Assembly (NCBI RefSeq): GCF_001194135.2
Contig: NC_068983.1
Location: 27,074,474-27,138,473 of the forward strand
From: Octopus bimaculoides
Taxonomy: Eukaryota
DNA: 64,000 nt
Direction: 5' to 3'
Part shown: positions 39,115 through 52,400 of the stretch, one piece after another
Layout of the letters: every line of letters starts with the position of its first letter
Position numbering within the stretch: the first letter of the stretch is position 1
Notes under the pieces: model-generated
What the model was told of the DNA's origin: nothing
Database searches by the model: none
Seen by the model: only the letters and a program-made list of their open reading frames with translations
Position numbers and translations under genes: made by a program

Positions 39115-39924
39115 TATATATTTCTCGCTACCCCGAGAGCAAAGGAACATATACAGATGTGTTACGATATAGTTGAATATAGTCTGCAACAGCTAATTTA
39201 ATCTACCAATAATATATCTATTTGATGCTGAAATTATTATATAAAATATCGGGAATTGGTTATTGAAAATTATAATGCTGAAAGTATTATATAGAATGTC
39301 GGGAAAAGGTTATTGAAAATTTCCTAAATGGTTGAGACTGTAGTAATTAATTTGAAATGTAAGCATTCGAATATAATTAGGATAATACATGGAGATGTCA
39401 AACAAGAGGCAAAAGCAGCACCAGACTCAGATACAGAGACGTCTGGAGAAGATTATTTCACTGTCATAAAAAATGCCAGATTATAGAATCTATACAACTT
39501 CGAAACTACATTTTTTAAAAATGCAGATTACGGTTTTAGAACATTCTTAAAAAACCATTGCTGGTTGTGTCGATGGAAATTCAAGTTAAAAGCTTCCCCT
39601 TGTTTACCGAACATAGCAACGTCTAATCAAGCCCAGGATTATTAACAATCCTTTCTAAAATATATTACATGAGGTGAGAATTTTACTTGACAAGCGACCC
39701 AGCTGTAATTGACTCAAAGAGGTGAAAATGCTTCCAGTCATTTCCGAATCCTGACACAACTATGCCAGTAAAAAATAACTCTGGACTGCAAATATAATTT
39801 TTGCACGTAAGATAATCAAATCCCCGCACTTTATCCTTTGCACAATAACTCGGTTGCCATTATCGTCCCTACTCACACGTCGTTACGGAATGCAGTGGCT
39901 CACCGTTAAGGTAGGCATTAAACT

Positions 39925-40148
39925 CTCTTTTACTCTTTTACTTGTTTCAGTCATTTGACTGCCGCCATCCTGGAGCACCGTCTTTAGTCGAGCAAGTCGA
40001 CCCCAGGGCTAATTCTTGGGAAGCCTAGTACTTATTCTATCGGTCTCTTTTGCGGAACCACGAGATTACGGGGACGTAAACACACCACCATCGGTTGTCA
40101 AGCGATGTTGGAGGGGTGGGTCAAACACAGACATAAATATATACACGC

Positions 40149-40185
<37 letters not shown>

Positions 40186-40337
40186 GATACGACGGACGTC
40201 TTTCAGTTTCCGTCTACCAAATCCACTCACAAGGCTTTGGGTGACCCGAGTCTATAGTAGAAGACACTTGCCCAAGGTGCCACGCAGTGGGAATGAACCC
40301 GGAACCGTGTGGTTGGTAAGCAAGCTACTTACCACGC
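39925..40337 (-). mobile_element. tRNA-derived CORE-type SINE with internal (TA)n
   Basis: Reverse complement: tRNA head ggcgtggtaagtagc..ggttccgggttcattccc (B-box-like) and CORE-like gcaccttgggcaagtgtctt, then the 3' block ccgtaatctcgtggttccgcaaaagagaccgatagaataagtac. CORE-SINEs are described from Octopus (OR2); the exact family name is not verified. Confidence 0.8.
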
Positions 40338-41061
40338 CAAAGCAATTTACAAAAAAATATCCTGAGAAAATGTCACTGAGAAACCGTTCACATCTACCGT
40401 GGACCTAGTAAGGCTCAATCATTGCCACTCAGATAGTAAACAGTAACTTCGGTCATTAGTTTGTTCGTATGGTTTCTATCATTCTTCACTACAAAACAGC
40501 ATTCCTTAGTATTCCCTTGAAATGCATGCTAGACACTTGATAACGGCAGTGCATCTATAATCTTTTGCCTAAAATCAAGATACTTCCTTTCACTAGTGGA
40601 ACTACCAAAGAAGAAAAGAAGGAAATATATAGGAAAGATTTCGACCGAACCACTGTCCATTTAGATATATCTGTGTAAGATTACTTATCTACATTCTATA
40701 AATATATGGAGTGCATTATGACGTTATTGAAATATGCTTCAGTATATATTTATTATTCAGTTCCATTCAAATATCCACTGCTGCAAAAATACTGGAGTAT
40801 TCATAATGTGCACGAAAGTTGTTTCTTGAAAAATTGCTGTACTGTTCCAATGGATACCGGCATAAACATCACGTAAGTGCACATTTAATTAGCCTTCATT
40901 CAATGAACAAAATATTCTCGATAAATCGCAGCCTATATGTACATATACAGAACTGTTATGATTCCTATTTTTTGTCTCTCTAGTTCACTCTCATATGATC
41001 TCAGACTCTCATGGAATACAGAATTATGAGTCTGTATATCTATGTACGTATGTATGCGCGC

Positions 41062-41099
<38 letters not shown>

Positions 41100-41234
41100 A
41101 CATTGCGGTGAATAAACTGTCGTCTAAATTAAGCAAATATGAAAATAACATTGACATCTCATTTTAACGCATATATTTACAAAAGATTACGTATAAATAT
41201 ATTGAAATACTAGGATAAATGTATTCAAGAACAG

Positions 41235-41890
41235 CGCTATTGGCTTCAACCACGGCTTCCCGACGATTTCAAAATCTCCTGTAACTCTTCTGGGCGGTCT
41301 CTTTTTTTATGTTGGTGAATACTACCGTAATCCTTGCCCTCATTTCATTTTGGTGTCACAAGGCGTGTTTTGGTCTCTCGCTCAATTCTGCCCCACACAT
41401 AATAATCCCGGGTGAGTTACGTGGCCAGAGGTTAGGGGTGATGTGGTCGAAGAAATTGTCTGACAGCTTTGGGTTCTCCTGCTTGTGTGGCATGATTCAG
41501 ATATCTGTTGCCAGACATAAGGTCATCCATCCAGTGGCTACCCTCTTGACCCAGGGGAGCACTTCCTCCTCCAGGCACTTTATGTAATCTTCCATGTTGA
41601 GTGTCAGGCCGTGTGGAAAGATGAATTAAGGCATAATGTCGCCATAACTAGTGATCACTCCAAGCGCCGTCATCTTGACCGAATGTTGAATTTTTATCAC
41701 TCTGGGTATATGTCCTCAGATTGCACTCTCTTCAAATTGACACCCGAACACTCTGAAATGTTCCTATTGGAGCTTCCTGTGCGAATGCCAAACAGCACAC
41801 TATGTTGTTTCTAAATTTCTGGGAGAGTGAATTACGTCACGATGCTGTTTTTCTCATAGATGATGCCCACCTGCTTACCCTACTATACTG
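41235..41890 (-). mobile_element. Decayed Tc1/mariner transposase (maT/DD37D-like) C-terminal fragment
   Basis: Minus strand: LGVITSYGDIMP.FIFPHGLTLNMEDYIKCLEEEVLPWVKRVA..DHITPNLWPRNSP..NTPCDTK, the WPPNSPD-type motif of this group. Confidence 0.8.
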
Positions 41891-42070
41891 TGTAGTCGAC
41901 AAAATCAAAAGCAAATGATGTGCATGCGCAAAATTAAAAATATACAATAGCGATAATTTACCCATCGCACACTGTGTGCTTATATATATATATATATATA
42001 CATATATATTTATATATNNNNNNNNNNNNNNNNNNNNNNNNNNNNNNNNNNNNNNNNNNNNNNNNNNNNN

Positions 42071-42101
<31 letters not shown>

Positions 42102-42623
42102 CACAACACATATGCAGATATATACATACCCATACACACACAAATACAAGCATATATGTGAAGATATATATATGTATCACTTTTTGATAAAAGTGAATGG
42201 GTTAGTTTGCTAAGTGGCGCTACTTATTAACGGAAGAACAATGCTATAATTTCATTCAAACATTTCTATGAAGGATAAAAAAATATATAATGATATCACG
42301 CCGTAAATTTAATTATCATGCATAGAATTATAACACGTGATACAGCATAGATAAGCTGATGTAATAATTACCATTTCCCTATTTTTAATTAACACCATTG
42401 ATGCTCGTGTCAAATAATTAACTGTCCGATTCTAAAATGTGCTAAAGAATATTTTCTAACTCTAGAGGAACAGTATTCTTCCTTCTGCTATTTTCTGATA
42501 AAATGATCGACTTAAACATTCACTGGAATGAAGCAAATATTTGAGATGTCACATAATATTTACGGTATTTTTGTTAATTTATCTAATTATTTATTTTTCA
42601 TTTATTTTATTAAGACAAATTCT

Positions 42624-42924
42624 CATTTCTGTATTGCCCACAAGGGGCTAAACATAGAGGGAACAAACAAGGACAGACGAGCGGATTGAGTCGATTACAT
42701 CGACCCCAGTGCGTAACTGGTGCTTAATTTATCGACCCCGAAAGGATGAAAGGCAAAGTCGACCTCGGCGGAATTTGAACTCAGAACGTAACGGCAGACG
42801 AAATACCGCTAAGCATTTCGCCCGGCGTGCTAACGATTCTGCCAGCTCGCCGCCTTCAAAAGATAAAGGAAATGCCGCTAAGCGTTTCGGCCCGGCGTGC
42901 TAACGTTTCTGCCAGCTCGCCGCC
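42624..42924 (-). mobile_element. Young full-length tRNA-derived SINE with an extra 5' head copy, bounded by a ~17-bp TSD
   Basis: Reverse complement: aaggcggcgagctggcagaatcg (A box), gttctgagttcaaattcc (B box) and central gtcgactttgcctttcatcctttcggggtcgataaattaag. The TSD ttattaagacaaattct is at 42607-42623 and 42925-42941. Confidence 0.93.
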
Positions 42925-44628
42925 TTATTAAGACAAATTCTTCCAAAGAGAAGTACTTGAAATTCATTGAGAATGCTGAATTGTCCGGGATGTTTATATT
43001 GAGATTAGCTAAAACGTGAAGAATGGTTCAACAAATATAAAGTTGGTGATATGTGTTCGAAACCAGCCGATGAAAAGCTAAATTGTACAAGAATGGTGAT
43101 GTATAGAAGTGGTGAGAAGTTATGAAGTAAAACCCCAGCATCTGGATAATTGCTTTTGGTATATCCCTGTGAACGTAAATGCATGCTGAAACCAGTTCCC
43201 AAAGACAGCTCAGAAACCGAGTGCATGCATTCCTCACTGTCTCCCTAGGAAGACCGAACATCGTTTGAGCTTTATCACCATCTCGACTTTGGTGTTACAG
43301 GCAGAGTAATTAATGTCTTTCCCAGCGGAGTTCCACACATAGTAACTCATGGGTCTACAATCTGAGGAATTGGGAGTATAGAAATTATGGTTTGGCAAGT
43401 CACATAAATACACCGACAGCTGGAGCTGAATTTATCCTCAGGTATGGCAAGGATTTGAAACCTGTACCTATACATGTCGTTGCAATAGCAACCGTCTCCC
43501 ATTAGACATTGACCATTCACTTCCCTCCAGCTTCACACAGACGTCTGAGTTGAGCCTAAGTCTCTGATCAAAGACGTGGGGATGAATTCGGTCTCGCGGA
43601 TATAGGCATAAAGCTTGGCGAACGTAGTCTTCTCCACGGTTCTTTGCATTTCGATGAAGATTAGTCAGTTGCGAAACCAAACCAAAGGATATTCCAAAAA
43701 GCCTTGATGTGCATCGTGGCTTCGTCGTAAGCAACAGCGTTCGTTGAATTGTGTCAATCGGAGGTGCAGATATGGCATCTTTACGGTAGTGTAATTTGGT
43801 GGTTCTCTGTTTTTGTGTCTGTGTATGTGTCTGAGTGTGTTTGACTGCATCTATTTGTCTGTCGTACACTCGTGAAGACACTCACCACCACAAACACATT
43901 CATACACACACATATGTATTCATATGACAACAAGCATACGCACACGCGTGTAAATATATACTCGTCCCTGTGTGTTTATTTCTGTGTATGTGTGTGCCTG
44001 TATCTGTGTGTATGTGGTTGTGTGTGTGTGTACATGCACACATAGAGCTCGAGAAAGAGTATGATGTTTCAAATGTATTAGAAACGTCATTATTATCTAA
44101 TCTAAAACGCATATATATGTATTTCCCTTCCCTTTCAAAACGAAGAAGATCCTTTAATACAGGCATTAGAAATAAATCTTAATATCACTTAACTCCGGGA
44201 AACAAAATTTTATAGTACAGTACGTAATGTAATAATTTTCAAATGTAATCTTTCAGTATTGTACACGTATAACAAATTATATCAGCCAATCAACGCAAAA
44301 ATGAAAACAGCTTTTAAAAAAGTTCATTATACTTTTCCTTTCATAACGCTCAGATTTAATCAGACGAATGCCACATAATAAAGCAACTAAAACTTCCTGA
44401 TACTTTTGCACGTAGCGGAAAATGCTTACAGTCATTGGCGACGTGTCGAAACTTGTAATTGATTAATCAAATTGTTTAAAGGCGGGTTTATTTCGTTTGA
44501 CTTTTGATTTTCTTGTGTGTTAAACCATATACAGTTTTACATTCACTGTTGAGTCTTTCAATAGTCATAGTCATTCCAAATTTGTCACAATTTAAAATAA
44601 TATTAGACAAAGAGAATATAATTGATAG

Positions 44629-44767
44629 AGAAGAAGAAGAAGAAGAAGAAGAAGAAGAAGAAGAAGAAGAAGAAGAAGAAGAAGAAGAAGAAGAAGAAGA
44701 AGAAGAAGAAGAAGAAGAAGAAGAAGAAGAAGAAGAAGAAGAAGAAGAAGAAGAAGAAGAAGAAGAA
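44629..44767 (+). repeat. (GAA)n microsatellite, about 46 units
   Basis: Read directly from the sequence; it explains the poly-E/S/F ORFs. Confidence 0.98.
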
Positions 44768-44829
44768 AACGAGCAACAACAAATAAAAGGCAGTGAAATG
44801 TATGATAACATCACAGTTACTGTCCATTA

Positions 44830-46460
44830 CTTTTGCCCAAATTTTGTTCCAGATTTCAAGTATTTCTTGCTCCGATGAGACTTTTCCTTTGATGGTGCAT
44901 TTCAGTGTATCAATAGAATTTCTTGGGTTTATCTAAAATATACTTTTAACTTTGAAGAAATTAGGTTCTTTTTCGAAGCGGTGTATGCGCACAGCTTTGG
45001 CCTGCATTTTTGTTTTATCTTCTCTATTATCTCAGTTAATTGTTGCCCATTGTTTCTCAATGTATTTCGCTTTTACACAATTTGTATTTCTGGATTACTA
45101 TATCACATCGGATTGCATCGATTCGTTTCGCTATATACATTTTTGGCTTGTTTTGCAACTTGGTCCTTTTCAGATTCATGCCACACATTTTGGCGAAGAC
45201 TGTAGCAGCAGTAAAGCGTAATTCATTCAAGGATGTGATGTATATTTTGTTTTCGTCTGTTATGAATTTAAGGGCCGAATTCACCTGAAAAATTATTTTG
45301 TCAGTTTTGTTTACTATTTCGGATCGTTGGAAGGTCATTGCGTTCCGTCGTGTCTATCATACTAAATTTGGAGAGGAAAGAAACCTAACATAAGATCGAA
45401 CATAAATACTAACTAAATTGCAAATGTTCGAAGAAATATTAAACGGAAACTGTTGACATATTAAAATTGACCAAATTAAGGTAAATGTAGTTGTGTCAGT
45501 GCACTTGTCTTCATATCAAAATTATTCATTTCCGACGAATTGTTGTTAATCTCATTAGTTTTTTTCATCTCCCACGGTTTGAACTCCAGGGAGAATATAT
45601 AAGTTCTTTCTCCTTGTGTCTATGCAGTGTTGCTTACTTCTTGTAAAGGTTTTCCGGCCTCGAATCTGACATAGTTTTGGTCTGTTAATTTGCGAGTCTT
45701 AGAGGCTGGATTCTTTCTCAAATCTGATTGGACAGTTTCCTTTATTTAGTCAATCTTAATATCCATCAACATTTTCTGTATTATATATCTTGGAACATTC
45801 ACGATTTCCTTAGTTTATGTTTAGTCTTATCTTAGGATTATTTTCTCTCTGAATTTCGTATATCAGTGCTTAGAACTTCTGATGAATATCAATACGTGGG
45901 TGTGTATTAACCCTGAGTGATCTATTTATTGCCCTTCCCGGACCACTCTTGTATTTTAATTTGATTCGTACCTAGGGGTTTTGGACATGGAAGATTCTCA
46001 GAAGGACTTATATTGTTTTGAGAGACCTCCAGGCTCATATTTTGGGGACGGATTGAACTAGTAGAAAACGTTTCGACCGCTGTCTGGCTTTTCTGAAAGT
46101 AGCGCGGTCCATGTTCAACCGGGTGACGACTAATCTGGTATACATTCTCCTTTCATATCATTAAGATTTGTTGTTTGTGAGTAAGGCTCCTCGCAGACCG
46201 GATTTTTAATATGACGCCATCTCTAGATAGGGTGTTTATTGTGGGTCAAAGATGCCTCTTTACACGTAGCGTAAGTAGGCCATAACACGCTGGACGCCAG
46301 ACCAATAATTTGCTCTGTAAGAGATTTCTATCAGACTTCCTGTGTGTCCTAGACATTTTCCATCTTAACGGCTTTGTGAAACGCGACGGGATACCCATCT
46401 ATTCCTATTATTATCGGGTTTTGGGGAAGACCTATCGCCTGAAAGATAATTCCCGTCGGT
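44830..46460 (-). mobile_element. 5' portion of a decayed R4/Dong-type element abutting (TTA)n 46463-46529
   Basis: Minus ORF 45057-45338 ITSLNELRFTAATVFAKMCG..KRIDAIRCDI resembles the pre-RT region of R4/Dong ORFs (ITETN.LIYA.A..VA..R..I..LR.DL). Upstream QEWSG and RENNPKIRLNIN resemble the N-terminal W-containing motif. Confidence 0.55.
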
Positions 46461-46462
46461 AT

Positions 46463-46529
<67 letters not shown>

Positions 46530-47149
46530 GCACTTCGACACCTGATGCGTGGTGAAAGTGTACCTCTTCACACAAAGTCGATTTGATGGAGGATGTGATC
46601 TAATGTATTGCACATGCATTTGATCACTATAAACAAATTATTTGTGCCGGCCGTTCGGCAAAAGCTGAATGTTCTCACATAGTCTTCGGCGGGAGAGGCC
46701 ATCACGTATATATAACATAGAGTTTATAGTACAGGGCTTGCTACCCTAAGATCTTTGATTCGCTTTCTGGGGTTGATGTCGTCTTTTCCCGTTCAGCAAA
46801 GTGCTTTCTTTCACGTTGCTCCAGTCCATATAGATGAATATGAATAACGCGTTGGCTTAGATGAGGTGATCGTGCTAAGAATTTGTACCAGTAGCACAGC
46901 CGGATTCTAGTCCAGCTGTTATTCATTCTCAGCTGCATTTACCGAGCTATGTGATATGGAACGCTTTGTTGAAAGGATTACAGAAATCGAACACGCGAAC
47001 ATATCATAACGAACCCGATACTATGACCGCCATAACATAAACATGAATGTATATCCGTACACAAATATCTATCTCAATTTATCTTTCTATCTATTTCTCT
47101 CATTCTCTCTCTTTCTCTCCCTCTCTCTATCTCTCTCTCTCTCTCTCTC

Positions 47150-47192
<43 letters not shown>

Positions 47193-47213
47193 TTTTCAAG
47201 GCAATGAACTACA

Positions 47214-47269
<56 letters not shown>

Positions 47270-48337
47270 ATATATGTTTCTATACATTTGACAGCTAGAG
47301 TCAATATAAACTGGAATTAAAATTTCATTTCCACTTATTTATAGACATGGTTGCATCAAATGAGTTTCAATATTGATTCGTTCTCCTTTATTTCTGTCTG
47401 ACATCAATTTTATATTAAATTAGCTGCTGTCAAATCATCTGCAAAACCAAGCAGAATATTGGAATAAAAGTTACTGTAATATTATGTTACTACATAATAT
47501 GTGAAAATTCACATCCTGAAACATGACAGTGATGCTCGTGGTCCTATTGTTATATTCAATAAATAGCCAAAAGGACGCATTTTTTAATAGCATATACTAT
47601 GTTGTAAAATATGTAAGGTATTTTCGCTTTTGTTTTTCGCTTTTTGCTTTTCATGAATATTTTATTGCAGTATAATAGCGTGGGTGGTTAGTAAAATTTA
47701 CTAGGGCGTCGAACAAAATAATTAGTTACGATTGTTTACGTTCTGAGTTCAGATAGCACTGAGGTCAATTTATGTTTAAGCTTTCCGTGTTCGGAACAAT
47801 ATATGTTCATAGCCATGTACTGATGAAAACTATACCGTGTTTACAAATATATATTTGAAAAGTTTTTTCCAAATTAAAATATAGCTGTAGTTTCATGTTT
47901 TATTGATCAAGTGGTATATGTACAACGTTATATAAATATATGGTGCTTAAATATAGATCGAGTCTATGTAAATGTTTGAGCAGAGAGCTGGACTTTGTGT
48001 ACATACGTATAAATTACATTTGTACANNNNNNNNNNTATATATATATAAAGAGACAGTGAGAGAGATTAGAGGATAGATTTATGTTTATAAGAAAAAGTA
48101 TATATAATAACCGATAACTTTATCAAAAAATGCCATGAGGATAAAAAATAAACCTTCTTTTCTATAATGTTATTCAATAAAGCCACTTTCAGCATTAACA
48201 ACTGCTTCTATATGAAATCTAAATCATCTACATGCTCGAATCATGTGGTCCTGGTGTATTTGGAACATTTCTCTGACTATGGTAGCTGTCAAAGTATCTT
48301 TGGTGTTCATTGATCTCTCTGAACAACGCTTCACCAA

Positions 48338-48455
48338 AGTACCAGTTACGCACTGGGGTCCATGTAATCGACTTAATCAGTTTGTCTGACCTTGTTGGTT
48401 CCTCTGTGTGTAGTCCCGTGTAGTCCCTCCGTGTGTAGCCCCAGTAAAGAAATAA
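48338..48455 (+). mobile_element. 3' half of a tRNA-derived SINE
   Basis: agtaccagttacgcactggggtccatgtaatcgacttaatc..cagtaaagaaata matches 61730-61836. Confidence 0.85.
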
Positions 48456-48892
48456 GAGACAGTTGTTAAAGCTGAAGACGGTGTATTGAATAACGTTATT
48501 AATTAAAAGAGACAGATATCTATATGTGATAAAATGCAGCATCAATACATGCTTAGTTGTAAAATACTAATTTCTCACTGAAATACTTCGAAATTATAAT
48601 ACACCATTTTCCGTTACCTAGAAGTTTAGTTTCATTGCCATTGATAATACACCATTATACTATAAGAAAATATTAAATAACAGTTCAATACAATCGTTAT
48701 AATTATAGCAGTGTTTATCAAACTTTGTTTAATGTTAAACAAGGATAGAAGGAAATAAACAGTTGTAATAAACATCACTTCTCATTGTGAATGAGTGGTT
48801 TATCATTAACTGCTACATTGTACCTACCGCGCACTATTCTGTTTCCACTATAGACCCATGATAATTGTTGATGTGTATCATATAATATTAGT

Positions 48893-49308
48893 TTCAAATT
48901 TTGAATCGGGGCCAGTAATTTGGGGGAAGCAGGCTAATCAATTAGACCGACCCGAGTGCTCAACAGGTACTTATTATAGCGACCCTGAAAGAATGAAAGG
49001 CAAAAGCAAACTCGACTGGACTTGAACTCTGTACGTAATGACTGATGGAATGCTGCTAGGCATTTTGCAAAGTGTACTAACGATTCTGGCAGCTCACCCC
49101 CATATTATACATTATTGGTTTCAAATTGTGGCACTAATCCTGCAAGTTGTGGAGAAGTGGTAAATCCGTACGATCGATTCCAGTCCTCAGCTGGTACTTT
49201 TTTATCGACCCCCAAACGAGGAAAGGTAATGTCGATCTTGGTGACATGTAAACTCAGAACGAAAGGTCACTAAGCTGTTTGACCTGCGTGTTAACGATTC
49301 TACCAGCA
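48893..49308 (-). mobile_element. Two tandem decayed SINE copies (48893-49100, 49127-49308)
   Basis: Both show ggtactt..atcgaccc..aaag(aa)tgaaaggc and aacgattct(g/a)ccagc blocks. Confidence 0.75.
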
Positions 49309-49859
49309 CTATGCTTTGTCATATTATATAATATTATTAATATGAAATTACTAATAGAATCGAGAAATCAGATCTTATGAAATTTTTATAACATTGTATG
49401 TAGTATCTTTTTGCAAATAAGGTAAACGTATATGTGTAATAACATTTGTGTATTAATGCCGTTTAAGTCTTCATACTTATTTCTCTTTAATGGAATTTCA
49501 AATAAACGGACAACTTTTGGAGATTATATCAAACAATTGTCTATTGGAAAGTGAGAAATGTCAGTGAAATTATATGGCATCCATGACAGCTGGAAGTTCC
49601 CTTTCACGCAAGTTTGGAAACAGACTAGACTTAGCCTATGCCCTCTATGTTTAATCAAGTGCAATATCGCTATTACTTAGAACTTACTAAGGGCGATATC
49701 TTATTTATGCAAATACATAACGAAGATGACATATCTCATTGAAATATACAAAAGACACGTCTATACAAACACCTACACACGTATATACATAAGTATATAT
49801 ATCATATATATATTTATATATACATAAATATACATATGCATACATATATACAAACATGT

Positions 49860-50010
49860 ATAGATAGGTAGGTAGTTAGGTATGTATGTATGTATGTATG
49901 TATGTATGTAGGTAGGTAGGTAGGTAGGTAGGTAGGCAGGTAGGTAGGCAGGTAGGTAGGTAGGTAAGCAGGGAGGTAGGTAAGCAGGGAGGTAGGTAGT
50001 ATATGTGTAT
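49860..50010. repeat. (TAGG)n/(TATG)n tetranucleotide array with a duplicated 16-mer taagcagggaggtagg
   Basis: Read directly from the sequence. Confidence 0.9.
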
Positions 50011-52099
50011 GTATGAATATAGGTATGTATGCATGTATGTGGGCATGTCTATCATACAATTTTTCTACTGCTGTACTGGTTTTAAGAGATAGAAAATCCT
50101 ATTTCCGTTTTGAGTATGCGATTATGTATCATCCAGAAAATTGAGACTTTTAATAGATTCCATTAGAATCAAATATCATGAAACCTTAAATATATATACA
50201 CGGGACACTTTCAATAGCTATATTATTAAGACGACTGCTGCGATAATAAATTCTGAGGGATGAGTATTCAGTTGAAAGAAACGTATTAGTTGAGGAATGT
50301 TATCAACAGTGAGCCGCTATTATAGAAGTTGTAACCAATTTATAAGCAGATCTTCTTTGACGAAATTCTTCTGATTTGATGTTCGAAAAATTTGAATTGG
50401 TAAAAGTTTTGCGTTAGCGATTTTATGAGTAATAGATAAACCTATATGCTGTGATAGGATGCATGGCAGTTAAAATCCATTAAGATCAAAGTTCCTTTGT
50501 TCAGCTAACTAATTAGTGTTTACAGTTTGCGATAAACTTATTATCTTGGTTCAAATATAGGTAGATATAACACATTGTATTTTCAACCATGCGCATTTAT
50601 ATATACATTACATACAAATTCATATTCATTCGTGAATGTATGAGTGCGTTTGACACCATTCGTCAAAATATTTATACGATGTTAAAAGCTAGAAGAAAGG
50701 TATTCGTAGCGAAAGAACGAATACGTTCCAAAATCTGAAATTTAATTTTGCTCCTATGATTATGTCCTATGAACTAAATGCTAGAGTAATATACTTGAGA
50801 AGATAGACTTCAAAATATCGAGGGAAAACAGAACATTAGAAAGATACAATGAAAGGCCATCAATTAAGCATTAAACACTTAATCTCTGGTTTCCGCACAC
50901 ACACAAGCAAAGGCATACTAATATATTTATCCATACTCTTTCATGCATACAAGCATTTTTGATGATTACACACATATAATACATGATTACTTAGTTTATG
51001 TGCTTATATCTACATTCTAGCCTTTCTACATACTCCTTTTTCTTTCTCTCACTTTTGTACTCCTAGCCTTTCTCCTCCCCTTTCATCCTTTTCGTTTTAT
51101 TCCCTGTCGCTCCCTTTCCTTGCTGTCTCCCTCCTCTGCCTACTGCTGCCACGTGACCAGTGGTCAGTTCTTTATTTCTTTATTCTTGTCACCTTGGCCA
51201 TTTTGGTCCTCGTTCACCGTTCGAAATCAGACTGTGTCGTTTTGCTTGTTTTCTTTTGTTTGCTCTTTTTCCTAGTTCTCTGCAAGAAAACTTCTTTTGC
51301 TGGTACTGCTAATTGGAAAACACTCAGTCTTATCGTTAAAGGTGCGAAACTGTATATCACTAAATGGTCGATAACTGATGAAGAATTACGAACCTCCTGT
51401 TTGTCTCCTGTTCGTTTATTACATTCAGTATAAGTTATGTCGGTTGTTTATACATGTTTTCATTTATCAAGTAATGGAACGCAACACACACCGAATTTGT
51501 ATTAACAAGTGAGTTATGTATATATATATATATNNNNNNNNNNNNNNNNNNNNNNNNNNNNNNNNNNNNNNNNNNNNNNNNNNNNNNNNNNNNNNNNNNN
51601 NNNNNNNNNNNNNNNNNNNNNNNNNNNNNNNNNNNNNNNNNNNNNNNNNNNNNNNNNNNNNNNNNNNNNNNNNNNNNNNNNNNNNNNNNNNNNNNNNNNN
51701 NNNNNNNNNNNNNNNNNNNNNNNNNNNNNNNNNNNNNNNNNNNNNNNNNNNNNNNNNNNNNNNNNNNNNNNNNNNNNNNNNNNNNNNNNNNNNNNNNNNN
51801 NNNNNNNNNNNNNNNNNNNNNNNNNNNNNNNNNNNNNNNNNNNNNNNNNNNNNNNNNNNNNNNNNNNNNNNNNNNNNNNNNNNNNNNNNNNNNNNNNNNN
51901 NNNNNNNNNNNNNNNNNNNNNNNNNNNNNNNNNNNNNNNNNNNNNNNNNNNNNNNNNNNNNNNNNNNNNNNNNNNNNNNNNNNNNNNNNNNNNNNNNNNN
52001 NNNNNNNNNNNNNNNNNNNNNNNNNNNNNNNNNNNNNNNNNNNNNNNNNNNNNNNNNNNNNNNNNNNNNNNNNNNNNNNNNNNNNNNNNNNNNNNAAAA

Positions 52100-52400
52100 T
52101 GCAAAAATGGGACAAGAACATGAAACATCCAGACAGACGATAAGAGAAAAACAAGATAGAATTATTCGGAGTTTTCTATCCTCAGTCGAGTTCCACATTA
52201 TTTTTGCAATTTCGGCTGGTAATACTCGAGATTGCTCCAATCTGGCCAGCCCCAAGGAAAAAATAAGCTAAGAGCATTAAATTCCTTGGAAGAAAGCAGC
52301 GAATGTATACGAAAAAAAGGACGGTAAAAAACAGAGAGATGTTACACAAATACAAATATCAGGACATATCAACAGGTGTCTTTCGACTAAGGACGAATTA
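52100..52400 (-). mobile_element. Possible Penelope-like terminal-repeat fragment next to a gap
   Basis: The minus strand has stem ggctgg..ccagcc followed by gaaa, plus an isolated ctgagga. It resembles a recalled octopus repeat; the hammerhead core is incomplete. Confidence 0.3.

Noticed and set aside
46530-46562. cacctgatgcgtggtgaaagtg, superficially hammerhead-like
   Set aside because: The core is CUGAUGC and there is no room for stem II; it is better explained as a simple hairpin (gcactt/aagtgt, cacc/ggtg).
52150-52270. Minus-strand ctgagga and a ggctgg/ccagcc-gaaa stem as a hammerhead
   Set aside because: The two core halves are in the wrong arrangement to form one ribozyme in this copy.
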